From the NCBI GenBank assembly GCA_951406725.2, contig OX597818.1:64790001-64854000 (forward strand): a DNA stretch of 64,000 bases, read 5' to 3'. Numbering within the stretch: position 1 is the stretch's first letter; every line of letters begins with the position of its first letter. The position numbers were made by a program, and so were the translations under genes. A model generated the notes under the pieces. It was not told where the DNA came from and did not search any database. It saw nothing but the letters and a program-made list of their open reading frames with translations. Positions 1-14,415 of this stretch are shown in pieces. This stretch comes from Octopus vulgaris (Eukaryota).

Positions 1-349
1 ACAAAGCGACATCCTAATCCCTAAGCAACGGAGACTGTTGTAGCAGCAAATTAAGAAATCAAACATCCAAGATGCCCTCGCGGTTATACACGATTGTTGC
101 AGTAGACAGTCGTACAGAACTTGTTGTATCTGCCAACAGCTAACACGAAACTTCCAGATAATTTCTCGTTTAGTGTTTTCAGAAAGCAATAAACGAGTAT
201 GAAGTACGTGTACGGTCTGTAAATATATTCCTTTCGCGTTTGTATTTTTAAGTAAATGCCCCACAGATGTTATTTAAGAAGCTGTCCCGTCAGAGAATAT
301 TTTCAAAAACTATATTTGCTATACATACTCAGTGTCTTCTGCATAATAT

Positions 350-533
350 TAGCCACTACACACATATTTTTTCTCTCCTTGTTTCTCTCCTTGTTTTTTT
401 TTTTCTGTATCCCTTTCTGTAGAAGAGTGTAGGCTCGAAACGTAAAAGACTTTTTCTATTCGTTAGCGTTATACTAATACATGTGTTTGCTTTGTATACC
501 ACCTGTCTTCGTCTTTTTTTTCGTAAACTCTCC

Positions 534-535
<2 letters not shown>
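350..535 (+). mobile_element. Short interspersed repeat ending in (TA)n and carrying a hammerhead-like motif (putative Penelope-like pLTR remnant)
   Basis: Closely similar copy at 62886-63100, partial inverted copy at 34868-34966 and a fragment at 61345-61396. Contains cttt-CTGTAGA-A-GAGT gtag GCTC-GAAA-CG-TA-aaag (413-448). Confidence 0.55.
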
Positions 536-593
<58 letters not shown>

Positions 594-759
594 GGGTGTG
601 TGTGTGATTGTGTATAGAAGAATATATTAATAAAAAGAATTCCAACCTTGTCTGATTTTCACGTTTTATTTACAATCTTATAATGATATATTATAAGATA
701 ATATATTATAATTGAATAAAATAAAATGAAATAGTAGAATGTTAAATATTCATTCTGAT

Positions 760-804
760 TGAACTAGTACTTTCATGCATTGAATTCTGCAATCTTCGGG
801 TTCA
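760..804 (-). ncRNA. Mirror copy of the hammerhead-like fold in the left arm of the palindrome
   Basis: Reverse complement of 850-894. Confidence 0.6.
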
Positions 805-849
805 TGTAGTAGTGTTGACAGTCATGCTTCGACTGTCAACACTACTACA

Positions 850-894
850 TGAACCCGAAGATTGCAGAATTCAATGCATGAAAGTACTAGTTCA
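850..894 (+). ncRNA. Minimal type-I hammerhead ribozyme-like fold, U4C core
   Basis: TGAAC-CCGAAGA-tTGCA gaattcaa TGCAt-GAAA-GTAC-TA-GTTCA: 5-bp stem I, stem II, palindromic stem III and a UH cleavage site. Confidence 0.6.
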
Positions 895-1061
895 ATCAGA
901 ATGAATATTTAACATTCTACTATTTCATTTTATTTTATTCAATTATAATATATTATCTTATAATATATCATTATAAGATTGTAAATAAAACGTGAAAATC
1001 AGACAAGGTTGGAATTCTTTTTATTAATATATTCTTCTATACACAATCACACACACCCATA

Positions 1062-1095
<34 letters not shown>

Positions 1096-1111
1096 TATGT
1101 GTATATATATA

Positions 1112-1152
<41 letters not shown>

Positions 1153-1744
1153 GTATATATCAAAGGTAAAACAGCACAGCAGACGGAAATCTTCAAAACA
1201 TAAAAGCAGGCAAACGACGGTAGCACAACGGCAAACAGGACAAAACCAGTTCGGCCAAGGGCTTAAGCTGAAGGCATTAAGACCCTGAGCAAGTCACACG
1301 AATGTACATATACATAAACAAGATCCGTTGACTTAGAGTCAGAAACAACCATCTAAGGGATAAAAGTATCCAAAATACTACAGGTATGTTATCTATATCG
1401 AATCGTGGGCAAACAGAAGGAAAATGAATTTTATAAAAAAATGGAGATCCTACCTTGAGTTTGTAAATACATGGTGTTACTCTAGTGTTACTACTTGCTG
1501 AACTGTATCAAGATTTTATGCGCGATTGACAATTGAGTGTGCACTCTATTTTATTTTCTTCTGTTTATTTGTTTTTTATTCATCATGTTCTATCTCTTCT
1601 AATTTGTTTTTTTATTAGTACTTTTGTTTCTTTCTACTTTATTTCTCTTGAAAAATAAAACAAAGAAGTCCTGTTCTCCTTTGTTTCTATACATAACTTC
1701 ACGGTACTCTGGCCGTGCTGTTTCATATTATATTACAGGGAAAA

Positions 1745-2620
1745 TTGAAAATAAAAAATTAATTAATAAAAGGAAGAGACAAGAAAAACATAAGGTAAGG
1801 TTTTATATGATGAGAGTCATGTCATGTTGCGCGTAGAGGCATTGGACGATAAGGAAAGGAACAAACTTTAAAATAAATGGGGTATTTGGTGGGACACCAC
1901 TATGTAAAAAGGCGGCATAAGTTAGAAAAATAATAGCTATGTACGCAAATAGGATTGGTCAAAGGAAGAGCAAAAATACAATAAGGTTTTAGTAATAATT
2001 ATTATATTTATAGTATTAAGTAATATCATTTATCATTAAAAAACGCTTAAATTTTCACTTCCTACTAGTAGACATTTCAGTCAATCCACGCTTTTTCCAA
2101 AGTCGGTTGACCATGGGCCACCGCTGAATATAATTGGTCACATGGTATTTAAAAACAAAACAATCCTGGGTAAATAAATGAATGACATATTTTATAAGGA
2201 GCACGACACTGTTGAAGTAAATCCAAAATATAAATATAAAAATAAAAATGAAATAAAATAACACTAATTAAATAATAAAAACAATTAGAAAAGGTGCATT
2301 GTCTACTAGTAGTAAGTGATAAATTATATGCAATCGATAACCAATTTATTATGATAAACAGTATTACTTAATACTATGAACATAATTATTAGTTCTAAAA
2401 CCATGCTGTAGTTTTGCTCCTCCTTTGCCTAAATAGCTATTTGCGTAAATAGCTATTTATTTCTAACCTATGCCCTCTCCGTACATAGGGGCATCCCACC
2501 AAATACCCCTAATATTTAAAATTTTGTTTTTTTTACTTATCGTAGAACAGGATATGGCTGTCACCATATTCAGCATTTCTTCTATTCTTCTCACTTCTTT
2601 TCTTTTCATTTATTTATTTT
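1745..2620. repeat. Diverged long inverted repeat (arms about 1745-2075 and 2300-2620); old foldback/MITE-like element
   Basis: ggggtatttggtggg (~1879) pairs with cccaccaaatacccc (~2495). tcacttcctactagtagac (~2055) pairs with gtctactagtagtaagtga (~2301). Matches between them are colinear. Confidence 0.7.
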
Positions 2621-2904
2621 CCATTCTGATGAAGTTCCATGATTCAAATCGGTTTTATTACTAACTATGTTAATTAATTCTCCTAGCATCATAAGAGTAA
2701 TGGCAAATAACATTGGCAGGAGAAACAGCTGTTAGATGGGAAGCAGTCTTTTTGAAAATTATTAATAAATAATAATTAATGCAAATCAAATTGTTGTTCA
2801 TAAATGTTATCTCCATTTACTGTGATATATATATATATATATATACATATATACATGCCTTAACACATACATTCACACGGGATTATTCAGTGACACACAC
2901 AGAT

Positions 2905-2937
<33 letters not shown>

Positions 2938-2947
2938 CATATTCTCT

Positions 2948-3516
2948 TACTAGAGAAAATCACATGGAGTGAGATATGGCCTTTTTGGAGCTCTGGACGT
3001 CTGGGCTTTTGGATCTCTGCGGTCACAGTCGTCAGGTTTTAGCTGCGCATGTAATGGGCTTTCCACGGATGAAAATTTAATGATTTATCCAACACCGTAC
3101 GTATTATGTTAATCAAGTTTCAGAAGCGTCTTGACTTGCTGACTTTTGCGGGCTGTGATTAAATATTTCCTGCACTGTTTCAACGTTCTCTGCTGATCGG
3201 GATGTGGTTGGACGGCCACTTCGTTGTCACCACATTTGCATGACAACTTTTTTTTTATTTTCTCCGGACGAAGTATTGCATGCTTAGCTTCCATTCACAC
3301 CACCGTCTCTGAACCAAAAACAATGGAATTACATATTTCAGACAAGCGCTCGACCATCTGGAAAATAAGACAATAAAACAATAAAACATTAAAAAAATAA
3401 GAATATCAGAAATCCTCATTAGTGTTTCTGTTTAAAAAATAATTTTGTCATGACTTCAGTGATACTAGATATTGCATAAGCAGTTTCTAATACCTAATTA
3501 CTTTCCACCCACTCTG
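2948..3516 (-). mobile_element. Internally deleted Tc1/mariner-superfamily transposon relic
   Basis: Minus-strand terminus TA|CAGAGTGGGTGGAAAG at 3516. Frameshifted peptides RSGRPTTSRSAENVETVQEIFNHSPQKS, IRTVLDKSLNFHPWKAHY, QLKPDDCDRR, then PKRPYLTPCDFL (compare the PRSPDLTPCDFFLW motif). Confidence 0.75.
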
Positions 3517-4225
3517 TATATACATATATATGCATCTATATATATGTGTGTGTGTGTCTCTGTGTGTGTGCGTGTTCCTACGTGTGTGTGTCTGTATATG
3601 TATGTATGAATGTATATACAAGTACGCCATATTTGTAAATCTGAAGCACACAGCGAAATGGAAATAAAGTCTAACATGATATATGTTCCATAGTCGTTGT
3701 TGTCTTCTTATCTGAAGTATCATTGATCATATTTTATTATTTACAATCGAATTCAGAAATTCTATTTTGTGTTTGAGATTCTTGACTCAAACAGTAGATA
3801 AAAAGTTTATTATTAAAAATTTACATCCAATTTACTAATTTTATTTTAGATATATGGCATTCCTGTTCTTATCTCTCGTTCGTTCCATTATCAATCTGAG
3901 GGATCAGAGCTAATTTACAATGAAATAATTGTAAGTTTTGATAGTGTTCTCTGCGACCATTCGCCATAATGTTTCTTAGAAAAACCACTTTAAATAAAGA
4001 ATGGCAGACGCATTACCACATTTTGAGAATCAGTATTTTCAGGATATCGTTGCATTCAGGAATGTGAAAACGACAAATACAACAACAACAACAACAGCAC
4101 ACACACACACATACACTTACATACACATGTATAAAGTTTTCGATCCGATTTCACCTTTATAGATGTGTATGTGTATAGCAAACCAACACACATACATATT
4201 TGTACATAAATACACGGATGTATAA

Positions 4226-4312
<87 letters not shown>

Positions 4313-4386
4313 TATATGTATATATGTATATATCTATATATATATGTATATATCTATATATATATGTATATATATATATATATGTA

Positions 4387-4473
<87 letters not shown>

Positions 4474-5109
4474 TGTGTTCACTGATTTTACAGACACAAT
4501 GATGATAAAATGGCTAGATTTATCAATGTCTGAATAAGTTAGCATAGGTCGAATTCAACGTCTATTTAAGGTATTCTGCTTTCCTCATTATCAACTGTGT
4601 ATTCACTGGAGCGTTATCTCTACATATCTTCATTATTATGTATGATATGTCGGAGATCTGAGATTTCAATGTGACAAATGAATCATATATATCTCCATTT
4701 TATGCAACTTAACATTTCATTCGCAGTCAAAGTGTCTCACGTTTCGAGATTATATGGAGTGGAATAACGCTGAGGAACAATTTAAATAGATTTTATCCAT
4801 ATATCATTTGTGAAATTGCTACAGTTTTTAATGAAAATGTTTAGGCTTCTGTAAATCGAAGTACTTCAGTTACTAACCGATGTTGCTTTTAGATTTTGCC
4901 AGCGCAGAATGTTGATTGGAAAAGTTATTCCCAAAATATCTGAAAGCGTATTTTAGCTAGAGGGGCATAACTCTTGTAATTATTTTAGAAACTTAAGGCT
5001 GTTGGCATATAATCTATATATGAAAATAGGGCCTATTATAATTTTATGTTGCTTGTAAAGATTGAATACCAGAGAAGTAGTTGGGATTATAAGGAAATAA
5101 AAAGGGAAC

Positions 5110-6275
5110 TCAGATAGCATAAAATTACTACATGAGAAAATTATTAGATCGTTATGGAATGATGAGGATTAAGAGAATACTTAGGAGTGCTAAAAAATGA
5201 TAGGATAATAGGAGAGGCAAGAGAGAAAGATACTAAAGAATACAGGAGGAGAATTATGAATGTTTCCGAAACAAAATTATATGTTGAGAAATTTATGAAA
5301 GCCATAAATGCATGGGCTATGCCCGTATTGGTTTATTATGCTTCCTTCCTTAAATGGATCAAGGTTCGGCTGCAAGACTTGGCTAGAAGACCTAGGAAAC
5401 TGATCTAGAAGTACAACGCGCTCCACCTTCAAAGCAATACCGACCGACACTACCAACCGAGACAGGAAGATAGCAGTGGGTTGCAAAAGATTAGATTGTG
5501 AAGAATAAAGAAACAATATTATCATCAGTCCGAGATACCCCAAAAGTCGTGGAAACAATAGGAGAATTCAAAGAGCAGAAAAGAACAATAAAGCAAACTA
5601 ATGGGAACTGGTGAAAATGCATGGAAATTCATGCAAAAACCGAGAATATCGGAAGTATTCAGCGCTGGCTCTGGTTGACAACTGGGAGCCTGAAACTAGA
5701 AACAAAAATGAAAAAATGTGATCAAGGTAAAGATCGAAAACATTCAGATAGCAAATTTATTGTCTGCATGAAATGATACGAAAGTGTCAATTGCCTTTTG
5801 GGCGAGTGCAGTATACTAGAACAAAAGGAGTGAGTGCAGCGATGAGTATGTAGGCGAAAACGTGCATTAGGATGTTCGCCGAGTGTAAGGCATAAAAGCA
5901 ACGGAAAAGTGCTTGGAACCCGAACCGGTGACTATGATAGAAAATGAGAAATACAGGTTCGTGTAGGATTTCCCCATAAAGATCAACAGTGTTATTGAAG
6001 TAAGGAGATCAAACATGATCATAGAGGAGAAAATAAAGCAACAGTGTAAGACCATAGATTTTGTAATTGCCTATTGCCAGATACCGTAGAGACAGAAAAA
6101 AATTGAGAAATTCAAGGACTTAAGCAGATAACTGAAGAGTCTGTGGAAGACGAAGTAAACAATTATTTCTGCATTAATTGGTGCACGTGCTACAAGATCC
6201 AAAATGAGTGTAAGAGGGGGAAATTGAAACTTTCCATGTCACCGTGCAAAGTTCAATCTTCTATTCTGCATTAGT
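5110..6275 (+). mobile_element. Decayed R4/Dong-like RLE non-LTR retrotransposon, 3' part
   Basis: Disrupted motifs YLGVL, KAINAWAMPVLVY, DRHYQPRQEDSSGL (compare DRLYxxRxxGGRGL), MHGKF, W..GSLKLET, an RLE-like region DFPIK...IEVRRSNMII...IDF, and EKFKDL. Confidence 0.8.
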
Positions 6276-6545
6276 AAAACTTAGATAAACTTAGATGTGT
6301 TTCGACCAAAGATTGGTCCAGGCCATGTCTAACTTAATAGCACCACCTGACAGGATTATCTGAATCCTGTTTAAGTAAAGTTTTGTTTATGGTCCATTCA
6401 AGTAGTGAGTTTTTGTTGGGTGAGTTGTATCCAATTATGGGTGGCTTATCTGGTATTCTTTCAAGGAATCTATCCAGACTCCGTTTAAAGTTGATGGGAT
6501 CCTTTTCCTCTTTGATCTCTTTCGGGACAATGTTAAATAGTATGC
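6276..6545 (-). mobile_element. CR1/L2-group LINE 3' end with short-repeat tail
   Basis: Minus strand reads LFNIVPKEIKEEKDPINFKRSLDRFLERIPDKP. Tail is (ATCTAAGTTT)n. Homologous to 33686-34040. Confidence 0.75.
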
Positions 6546-9229
6546 ACTAGACTAATAATGTACTGATGAGGATCCAGATAGATAAGGATTATGGGGATGA
6601 TGATGATGAGGATGATGATGATGTTGTTGTTAATATTATTATTATTTCTATTATTATTGTATGAGAGCAACGCATGCTGTCGAACGGACAAATATACAAA
6701 GCCGATGTCAGTTTTGTCACTGCAGTATTGTTGAGCAAATTTATCACGGTTGTGGTGTTGATGCTATCTGTTCATTTAAAAATGACCATATTTGCCAGCG
6801 TAAAAGATGCACCACTATTTTACTATGTATTGTGGCGAAAACACACTGAATATTTTTGTCATCATCCTTGCCCTGAAACATATTTTAAAGTAGTTATGTA
6901 GGTCTTGAATAAATCGTTCTGTGCTTGTAAATACACTGATTTGGCAGCATACTGAAACAAATTCATGATAAACAATTTGGATGAAGGCAGCACTGTATCG
7001 CTTCTGCATCCCATTTCAGATCAACTGTATAAATGCGTATATGTTAGTCACGAAATTTGTTATATAGTATGAAAACCTTGTATCGTTGTCTACGGGATTT
7101 TCTGTCACCATCCTCCGCCACCTTTGTAACTTTAATGCCATTCATTTATGGCAGATGATTGACAAACGAATTGAACCTCAACTTACGTGTCATTGCTGGC
7201 GAATTTTCATTAATATAATTAAAACAATATATCTTGAAGGCAACACGAATGTTGAACAATATTGGAGACATATCAGATGTTAGTTAGCAATCTTATGATA
7301 TCCTGTGTCGATGCTTTCTCATGTGAAGTCTAGGACAGAAATTGTGCTAGATTTCTCCCTAGCTTAATTTCATTGCCATGAGTGCACTTCCCGCTTTTAA
7401 GTTTTTGCGTAATCATCAGCTTCACCATCACAACTCTTGAAGTTCTCTTAGCAGTAACAAACTAATGAATATCGCGTATAGCTGTTGCTCTAAGCGCTTC
7501 ATTCAATAATCTTCAAATCATACTTGAAACAGAATAATACATTTTACTATCAGGAAACAAAGAACCAACCGACGGAAATGAAACAATCAAAAGTTTCCAG
7601 TTCTCCAGTGCCTTGCTCTGGTCCTTTTTCTTACCGTTTTAAAGTCGGGGAAGTGCAAAATTTTCCTTAGTGTGATATGAACCGCGTGTGCAAGAAATAT
7701 ACGAAACGACAATACGATATTCACTGCCTCTGCTGTACTTACACAACCAGTTTGTTATCAAGATATTAGCCTATAACACTGCTATTTTGCTATTTATATT
7801 TCAATGCAAGATCGATTATCAAACAAGTTTGTTTAGAAAAGAAGTTTTTTCGGTTAATATGTCTACAATATGCCGTTTCAAATTAAATATAACTATTTGC
7901 TAACGTGTTCAAATATAACTAAACATGATTATCATGCGCCTACGCCAATACATAAATTCAAAATAAACTTTTAAACAAATTATCTTACAATTCTTTTCTT
8001 CGTAATATTTGAAAAGGAGAATTAGAATCTAATTCGAGTATTTTGTGATTGCAACGGAATTCTTTCAAACAATACAATTTAAGCTGAAATTAGAATCATA
8101 GCTGTTTGATCTCTTAGCCATATTGTACCCATTTCTAATTATTGTTCAAAATCTTCGCCTCGCCTATTTTATAAATTTTAGTTTAACTGCAGTAAATATT
8201 AATGGAAATGTTTTATTTCATTTAGTTGGCTTTCATAAACAATTTTCTACCTGAAACTGCTTCTTTAAATAGCTCTAATTGTGTGTAAATATAAAGCCCT
8301 ATTTCCTAGTGTTTCTTTGATTTTATTTGGTTGTAATAATCTTGGAGTTTTCAAATTTAGAAAAGAAAATTTCCATGGAAAATATAATAATTGGATGTAT
8401 AATCGGGAAGATTGTAAATAATAGCAAAATCGAAAAACATTAACATTCCACGAAATAAATGCTAATTTATATTAGCGAGAAAAATGGAAACAACAATTTA
8501 CTCAGAAGACAATTTGTGAGACTCGAGATATTTTCGGAAATAATGTATAGCTTTAGAATGAACTCAGCGAAATACTATTTATTAAAATAAACAATTTTTT
8601 TTTTAGCAGAGCTACAGTATAAATCAATGGAAGATTATCAATTAAAATAAAATTAGTTAGGCACAAAAATAATAACATTTTCACATCGCTTTATTTTTAG
8701 GTATTCAATGATTTTCTAATTAAAAGGAATAAGGAAAAATAAACTCATAAAACCGTCAGAAAAGATGAGAAAGAAAAGAAGTCCGGATAGATTTGTATTA
8801 ATAATTTAGAGTGACGAAATACTGTTTATATCTACGTAGAACTAATCCAAGTGTCTAGGCATTGGATATGAAGAACCAGCAGAAGTTTCGTTAATATAGA
8901 AATCTCAAAATATGTGTGTTGCTGTAGAACAGCCATGGAAATATAAACAGTCTGAACCGTTAAATGTATTTATTTCTTACGTACAATAACCATTTGTTTC
9001 CCAAAATAATATGCGAACGCATTAATATTATCTGGAATCCCATAAGATTTATCAGAGATTATTTCGAATACTATAACAATGTTCTATTTCTGGAATTTGT
9101 CATTAGTTCAGAGGTTGGTAATGGTTTCCCAAAACCTACTCTGCTGTCACAAACGAAGAAATGGGAACACTACTGTAAAAGTTACTTACCGAACTTCAGT
9201 TTACAAACGGGTGGCAAACATTTTCCAGT

Positions 9230-9299
<70 letters not shown>

Positions 9300-9384
9300 A
9301 TATATGAAATAATTGTTGAAAGACTCATTGCACTAAAATTCGTCGGGATTGTATTGTGGTGCTATCATTTCTAGTGTTAGCGCG

Positions 9385-9670
9385 TTGCGTATCGTTTAGC
9401 GTATTCGGGTTTATATCGTGAGTTTCCTTCCTTGCCGTACACTAAAGAAAATGTTTACTGTCGCAATGCTGCAGTCCGCTCAGCTGGCATAAATGAATAG
9501 TACTTGTATTTCAAAGAGCCGTTCTGTGTCACACTGAATCGCCTTCAGAGATATGTTATGGATACGCGTTTTACTCAAGATCTCAACTACTTGCATGCTA
9601 ATTTCACGAGCAGGCTCTTCAGCTGATCGGGTCATCGAGAATCCTCGTCGTTGTAACAGACGCAGTGGCA
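9385..9670 (+). mobile_element. Degraded tRNA-derived SINE
   Basis: Body (gtcacactgaatc...ttgcatgctaatttcacgagcaggct...cctcgtcgttgtaac) matches the reverse complement of 29386-29570. Confidence 0.6.
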
Positions 9671-11365
9671 GTTGTAGTATGGAGAAATATTACTAACTGC
9701 ACTTATTGACGACGTTAACAGTGAATTGTTTTTCTGGAACCAGAAGCGATAGGACTTGTTCTTCATCACTAATATAATATAATCACGTGAACGAATCAGT
9801 TTTTGATGATGTTTCGACTCAACGTTACACGTTTTTGACTAATACCTAACACATATGAACGTAACTTTCACAATAATCCTGTTTAACTTTCCCTTCAAAT
9901 CCCCTGAAAAATACTGACCTCCCAGTTAGAATTTACTGAAAAATGTTTTAATGTTTGTCTTTCATTTCATATGTCCACACTTTTTCATTCATTAATAATG
10001 AGATATGTATTTGGGAATCTCATATGATTATTACTTCTGTTCGAGATTTCTCATCGTAAATTGAATGAGGTGGCGGTAGGATAGCAGTCTGAGTGATCTC
10101 TCACGAAGCACAACTGTCATGGTGATCTTTTAGAAGTCCCCAATGTTTGTGCTGAGTTGAAAAGAGATGCCATGTAATAAAGCAAATTCATATTCCTGAA
10201 CAACGCCAAAAATATAGAAGGAAAAATAGTTTATGTTGCCTGAGAAAACTGTTTCGAATAGTTCTTCAATGGCGATATTCTCTAGATTATTCCAGAGAAT
10301 ATTTCCGAGTAGTTGTGCCTGTAGACCAAACTAATGCAAAAAGCAATCTGAAGCAACATGCTAAAATATTTTACTACAAAAAATATTGTTAAATATTTTA
10401 GTATTTACAATCCATTGTACATTTTAGACCTATAGTGGTTTTCTAAAGTAAAGAATATATATTCTACTTTCTGTTATTGGACATGCATATGCTGGTATTT
10501 GATTGTCTTTTATATTTTGTCTAAAATTTGTTATTTATAGAATATTAACTAAATTTGTGAGAAAATACATTTGAATGAATTACGATAGGGTGCATTTATT
10601 TTATAGTTTCGTAATAGTTTTTTTATCAAAATTAAACTAAACTACATTGGGTAAATACTGTTGGGGAATTCAATTAGAATTAAAGGGGACAGCAGTACAA
10701 ATCGATATAATACTAAATAAAATTAAATATGACGAGCATGGGACAAAATTTGTGACATAATCATGTTATAATAAGAAATTTGTAAGAGAATGTATAACAC
10801 CTAAACAGTGAGATAAACTCAGCTGGCGTTGGTATGAAATTTTCCGCCTAGAACGATATTAATAAATGCATCTTCAATTAGAAGTTTTTCATTGAATAGA
10901 CGGTGCCTATCTACAAAATTAATATCAATCAATTTTAGTTGAATTCAATGGGTATATATATTTCAGAGAAATTTGGAAAATGCACATACATGACAAATAT
11001 GCATATCAAATAGGTATCAAGTATGTACGTCAATTTAATGTCACAGAAAAATGTAAGAATTACTTCATAATTTCAAACATTTATCAAGTTTTATTGTGCG
11101 CAGCAGCTCATTCTAGTTTTGTAGCTGAATATAAAAGACAACGTGTGTTTAGTTGAAGCACAACATGATATCGAATAATTTACCAGTGTTTGAATATCAT
11201 ACTCATTATGTTTTTATCGCATCTAATTGTTACGTAATTAACGTGTAAACTCCTGGATAATATTGCTCATGATTCAAATAATATCTATGGGATATAAATT
11301 AAAATATTCTCTCAATCAAATAATTTCCTTCTCTCATAGACATTGCCAAATACATATAATAATTG

Positions 11366-11560
11366 TTTTCTACTATAGGCACGAAGCACGAAATTTTGTG
11401 GGTGGGGACCAGTAGATTAGATCGCCCCCAAAACTGAACTGGTACTTAATTTATCGATCCCGAAAGGATGAAAGGCAATGCTGACCTCGGCGAATTTGAC
11501 AGACGAAATACCGCTAAGCATTTAGCTCGCTGTGGTAATTTTTCTGCCAGCTCTCCGCCT
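11366..11560 (-). mobile_element. SINE of the Nin/Deu-core-like family
   Basis: Reverse complement of the family at 31339-31500, with core gcctttcatcctttcgg..tcgataaattaagtacc. Confidence 0.75.
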
Positions 11561-12878
11561 TCAAATACATATAATATTATCATAACCGTAAGAGTATATA
11601 CGCTGTTTATATCATGCACTGTCGGCGCATATCTATTAGCTATCAGAAACGTTACCTCGCCGGAAAAAATGTTTAGTGGCAATTCTTCCGGCTACGCTCA
11701 AATGCCTTTAACTGATTCGTGGAGCGACGAAATAATTACTAGTTGAGCACTTAGGTCCGCATTATCGACTTCCACCTACGTTCAAATTTGCTGCTTTTGT
11801 GATAAATATAGGAGGAATATTTATAATTAGTTCCTGGTATTTGTGTTATCAAAATGTTGCTCGCAGTGAGCATGTTTCTGTGCAGATAATTTGCATTAAA
11901 AACCATTCCAAAAATTCAGATACAATTATTTTTTTTTAAAATCCACATCAGTAAACTTTTAAAAGTAGTGTCTTCGGTGAATATTTCTTTCTTCTCAGTT
12001 ATTCGATTTCAACCCCGTCTATTCTTCCTGTCTGTTCTGTAATATGTTTTACTGCGAAAACTGTAAAGAATCATTATATTCTATAGAATATTTTTGATGT
12101 AATAAAATTGACTTTGCACAAGATGAACAAAGTCTTTCTATCGTAGTCTTCAATGGTTCTCAATATTGTATTAACAGTCATTGTTTTATGATGTTGCAGA
12201 TCAAATAATTATTCGGTTTTGTTTTTGTGTGCTATCGTTTTAAAAGCACCGTACTGTGTTATGACAATACAGACATCACAGGAAAGTGATTCAATTATTT
12301 GCATTTTTCACTTATCCTTGAGATGTTTGATGAAGATCCATTATGTTATTATAATTGGAAATCTGTAAAAATATTCAATATTTGCTAAACGAAATAATTG
12401 AGAGTTTTATTTTTTATGTGTTCGTAGCGTTGAATTGTGTTATGCTACCGACGTGGAAACATTTTCTTTCCCAATTAAAACTCAAGTCTCTTCATCAAAC
12501 TTTAGTAACACGAAAAACCAAAACAAACAACACAAAAAACAGAATATTGTCATATGAAATTCCGTGACGAAAATCTAATAACCTGGTGTTTGATTCGAAA
12601 ATTTCATGATACAAATATATACAAAATTAATAGTAAAACGTAATTACATTATTTCTAATTACTGCACAAAGCCAGCAATTTTCAGGAAAGGGGTTAAATG
12701 TATGAGAGGCGCTACTAGAATTTAAGTTTTGACCTCGAGAAGATGGAAAGCAAAGTGAACGTGTGCGGTATTTGAACTCGAAGCGTAAACAGTGGAAAGA
12801 AATGCCGTTAATAATTTTATCTAAATGCTAGTGATTTTGCAAACTTTTTGTCTTCTAATAATTCATTATACAATAATA

Positions 12879-13003
12879 CTTTCAGGACTATAGGTAGAAG
12901 GCCGGAAGATTTTTTTCAGGCCTATATGGAGAATCCCTGAATGAGCCTTTCAAACCTATAGGGAGAAGGCCTGAATAATTCTTTCAGGCCTATAGGGAGA
13001 ATA
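12879..13003. repeat. Short minisatellite, about 4 diverged copies of a ~33-bp unit
   Basis: Recurrent ctttcaggcctatagggagaaggcctgaa-like unit. Confidence 0.6.
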
Positions 13004-13004
13004 T

Positions 13005-14188
<1,184 letters not shown>

Positions 14189-14189
14189 T

Positions 14190-14415
14190 TTATCCTTGAG
14201 GACAGTATCTGAAGGAATGTAAAGGAAATTGGGATAGAGTTCCCTGAAGAACTGCTACAAAAGTTTTGCCTCCTTGCCACGGCCAGATTAGTCGGAAAAG
14301 TATAAAGGCAGATAAAAAGAACGGATAGCATGGTAACGTAGGCTGCAGGTAGTAAGCTCGCTACGCATGCAAGACTCCGGGAGCTCGAACAAAACTTGTG
14401 ATAAAGAGAAATAAT
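14190..14415 (+). mobile_element. Extreme 3' end of a second RLE-type non-LTR element
   Basis: EIGIEFPEELLQKFCLLATARLV resembles the C-terminal LQKxxLLGTARILRKVL motif. A short 3'UTR and ataata tail follow. Confidence 0.6.

Larger units (their letters stand above)
594..1058. mobile_element. Near-perfect palindromic element between (TA)n tracts (arms 594-823 and 831-1058, loop ATGCTTC); putative non-autonomous Penelope-like inverted pLTR pair
   Basis: Arms are reverse complements apart from one CA unit. Each arm holds a hammerhead fold. Confidence 0.75.

Noticed and set aside
4200-4545. YI/IY-repeat ORFs here and throughout the window
   Set aside because: These are translations of (TA)n and (CA)n microsatellites.
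6661-7560. Coding-like segment with a minus-strand branch point and acceptor near 7028
   Set aside because: All frames close quickly and no family could be assigned.
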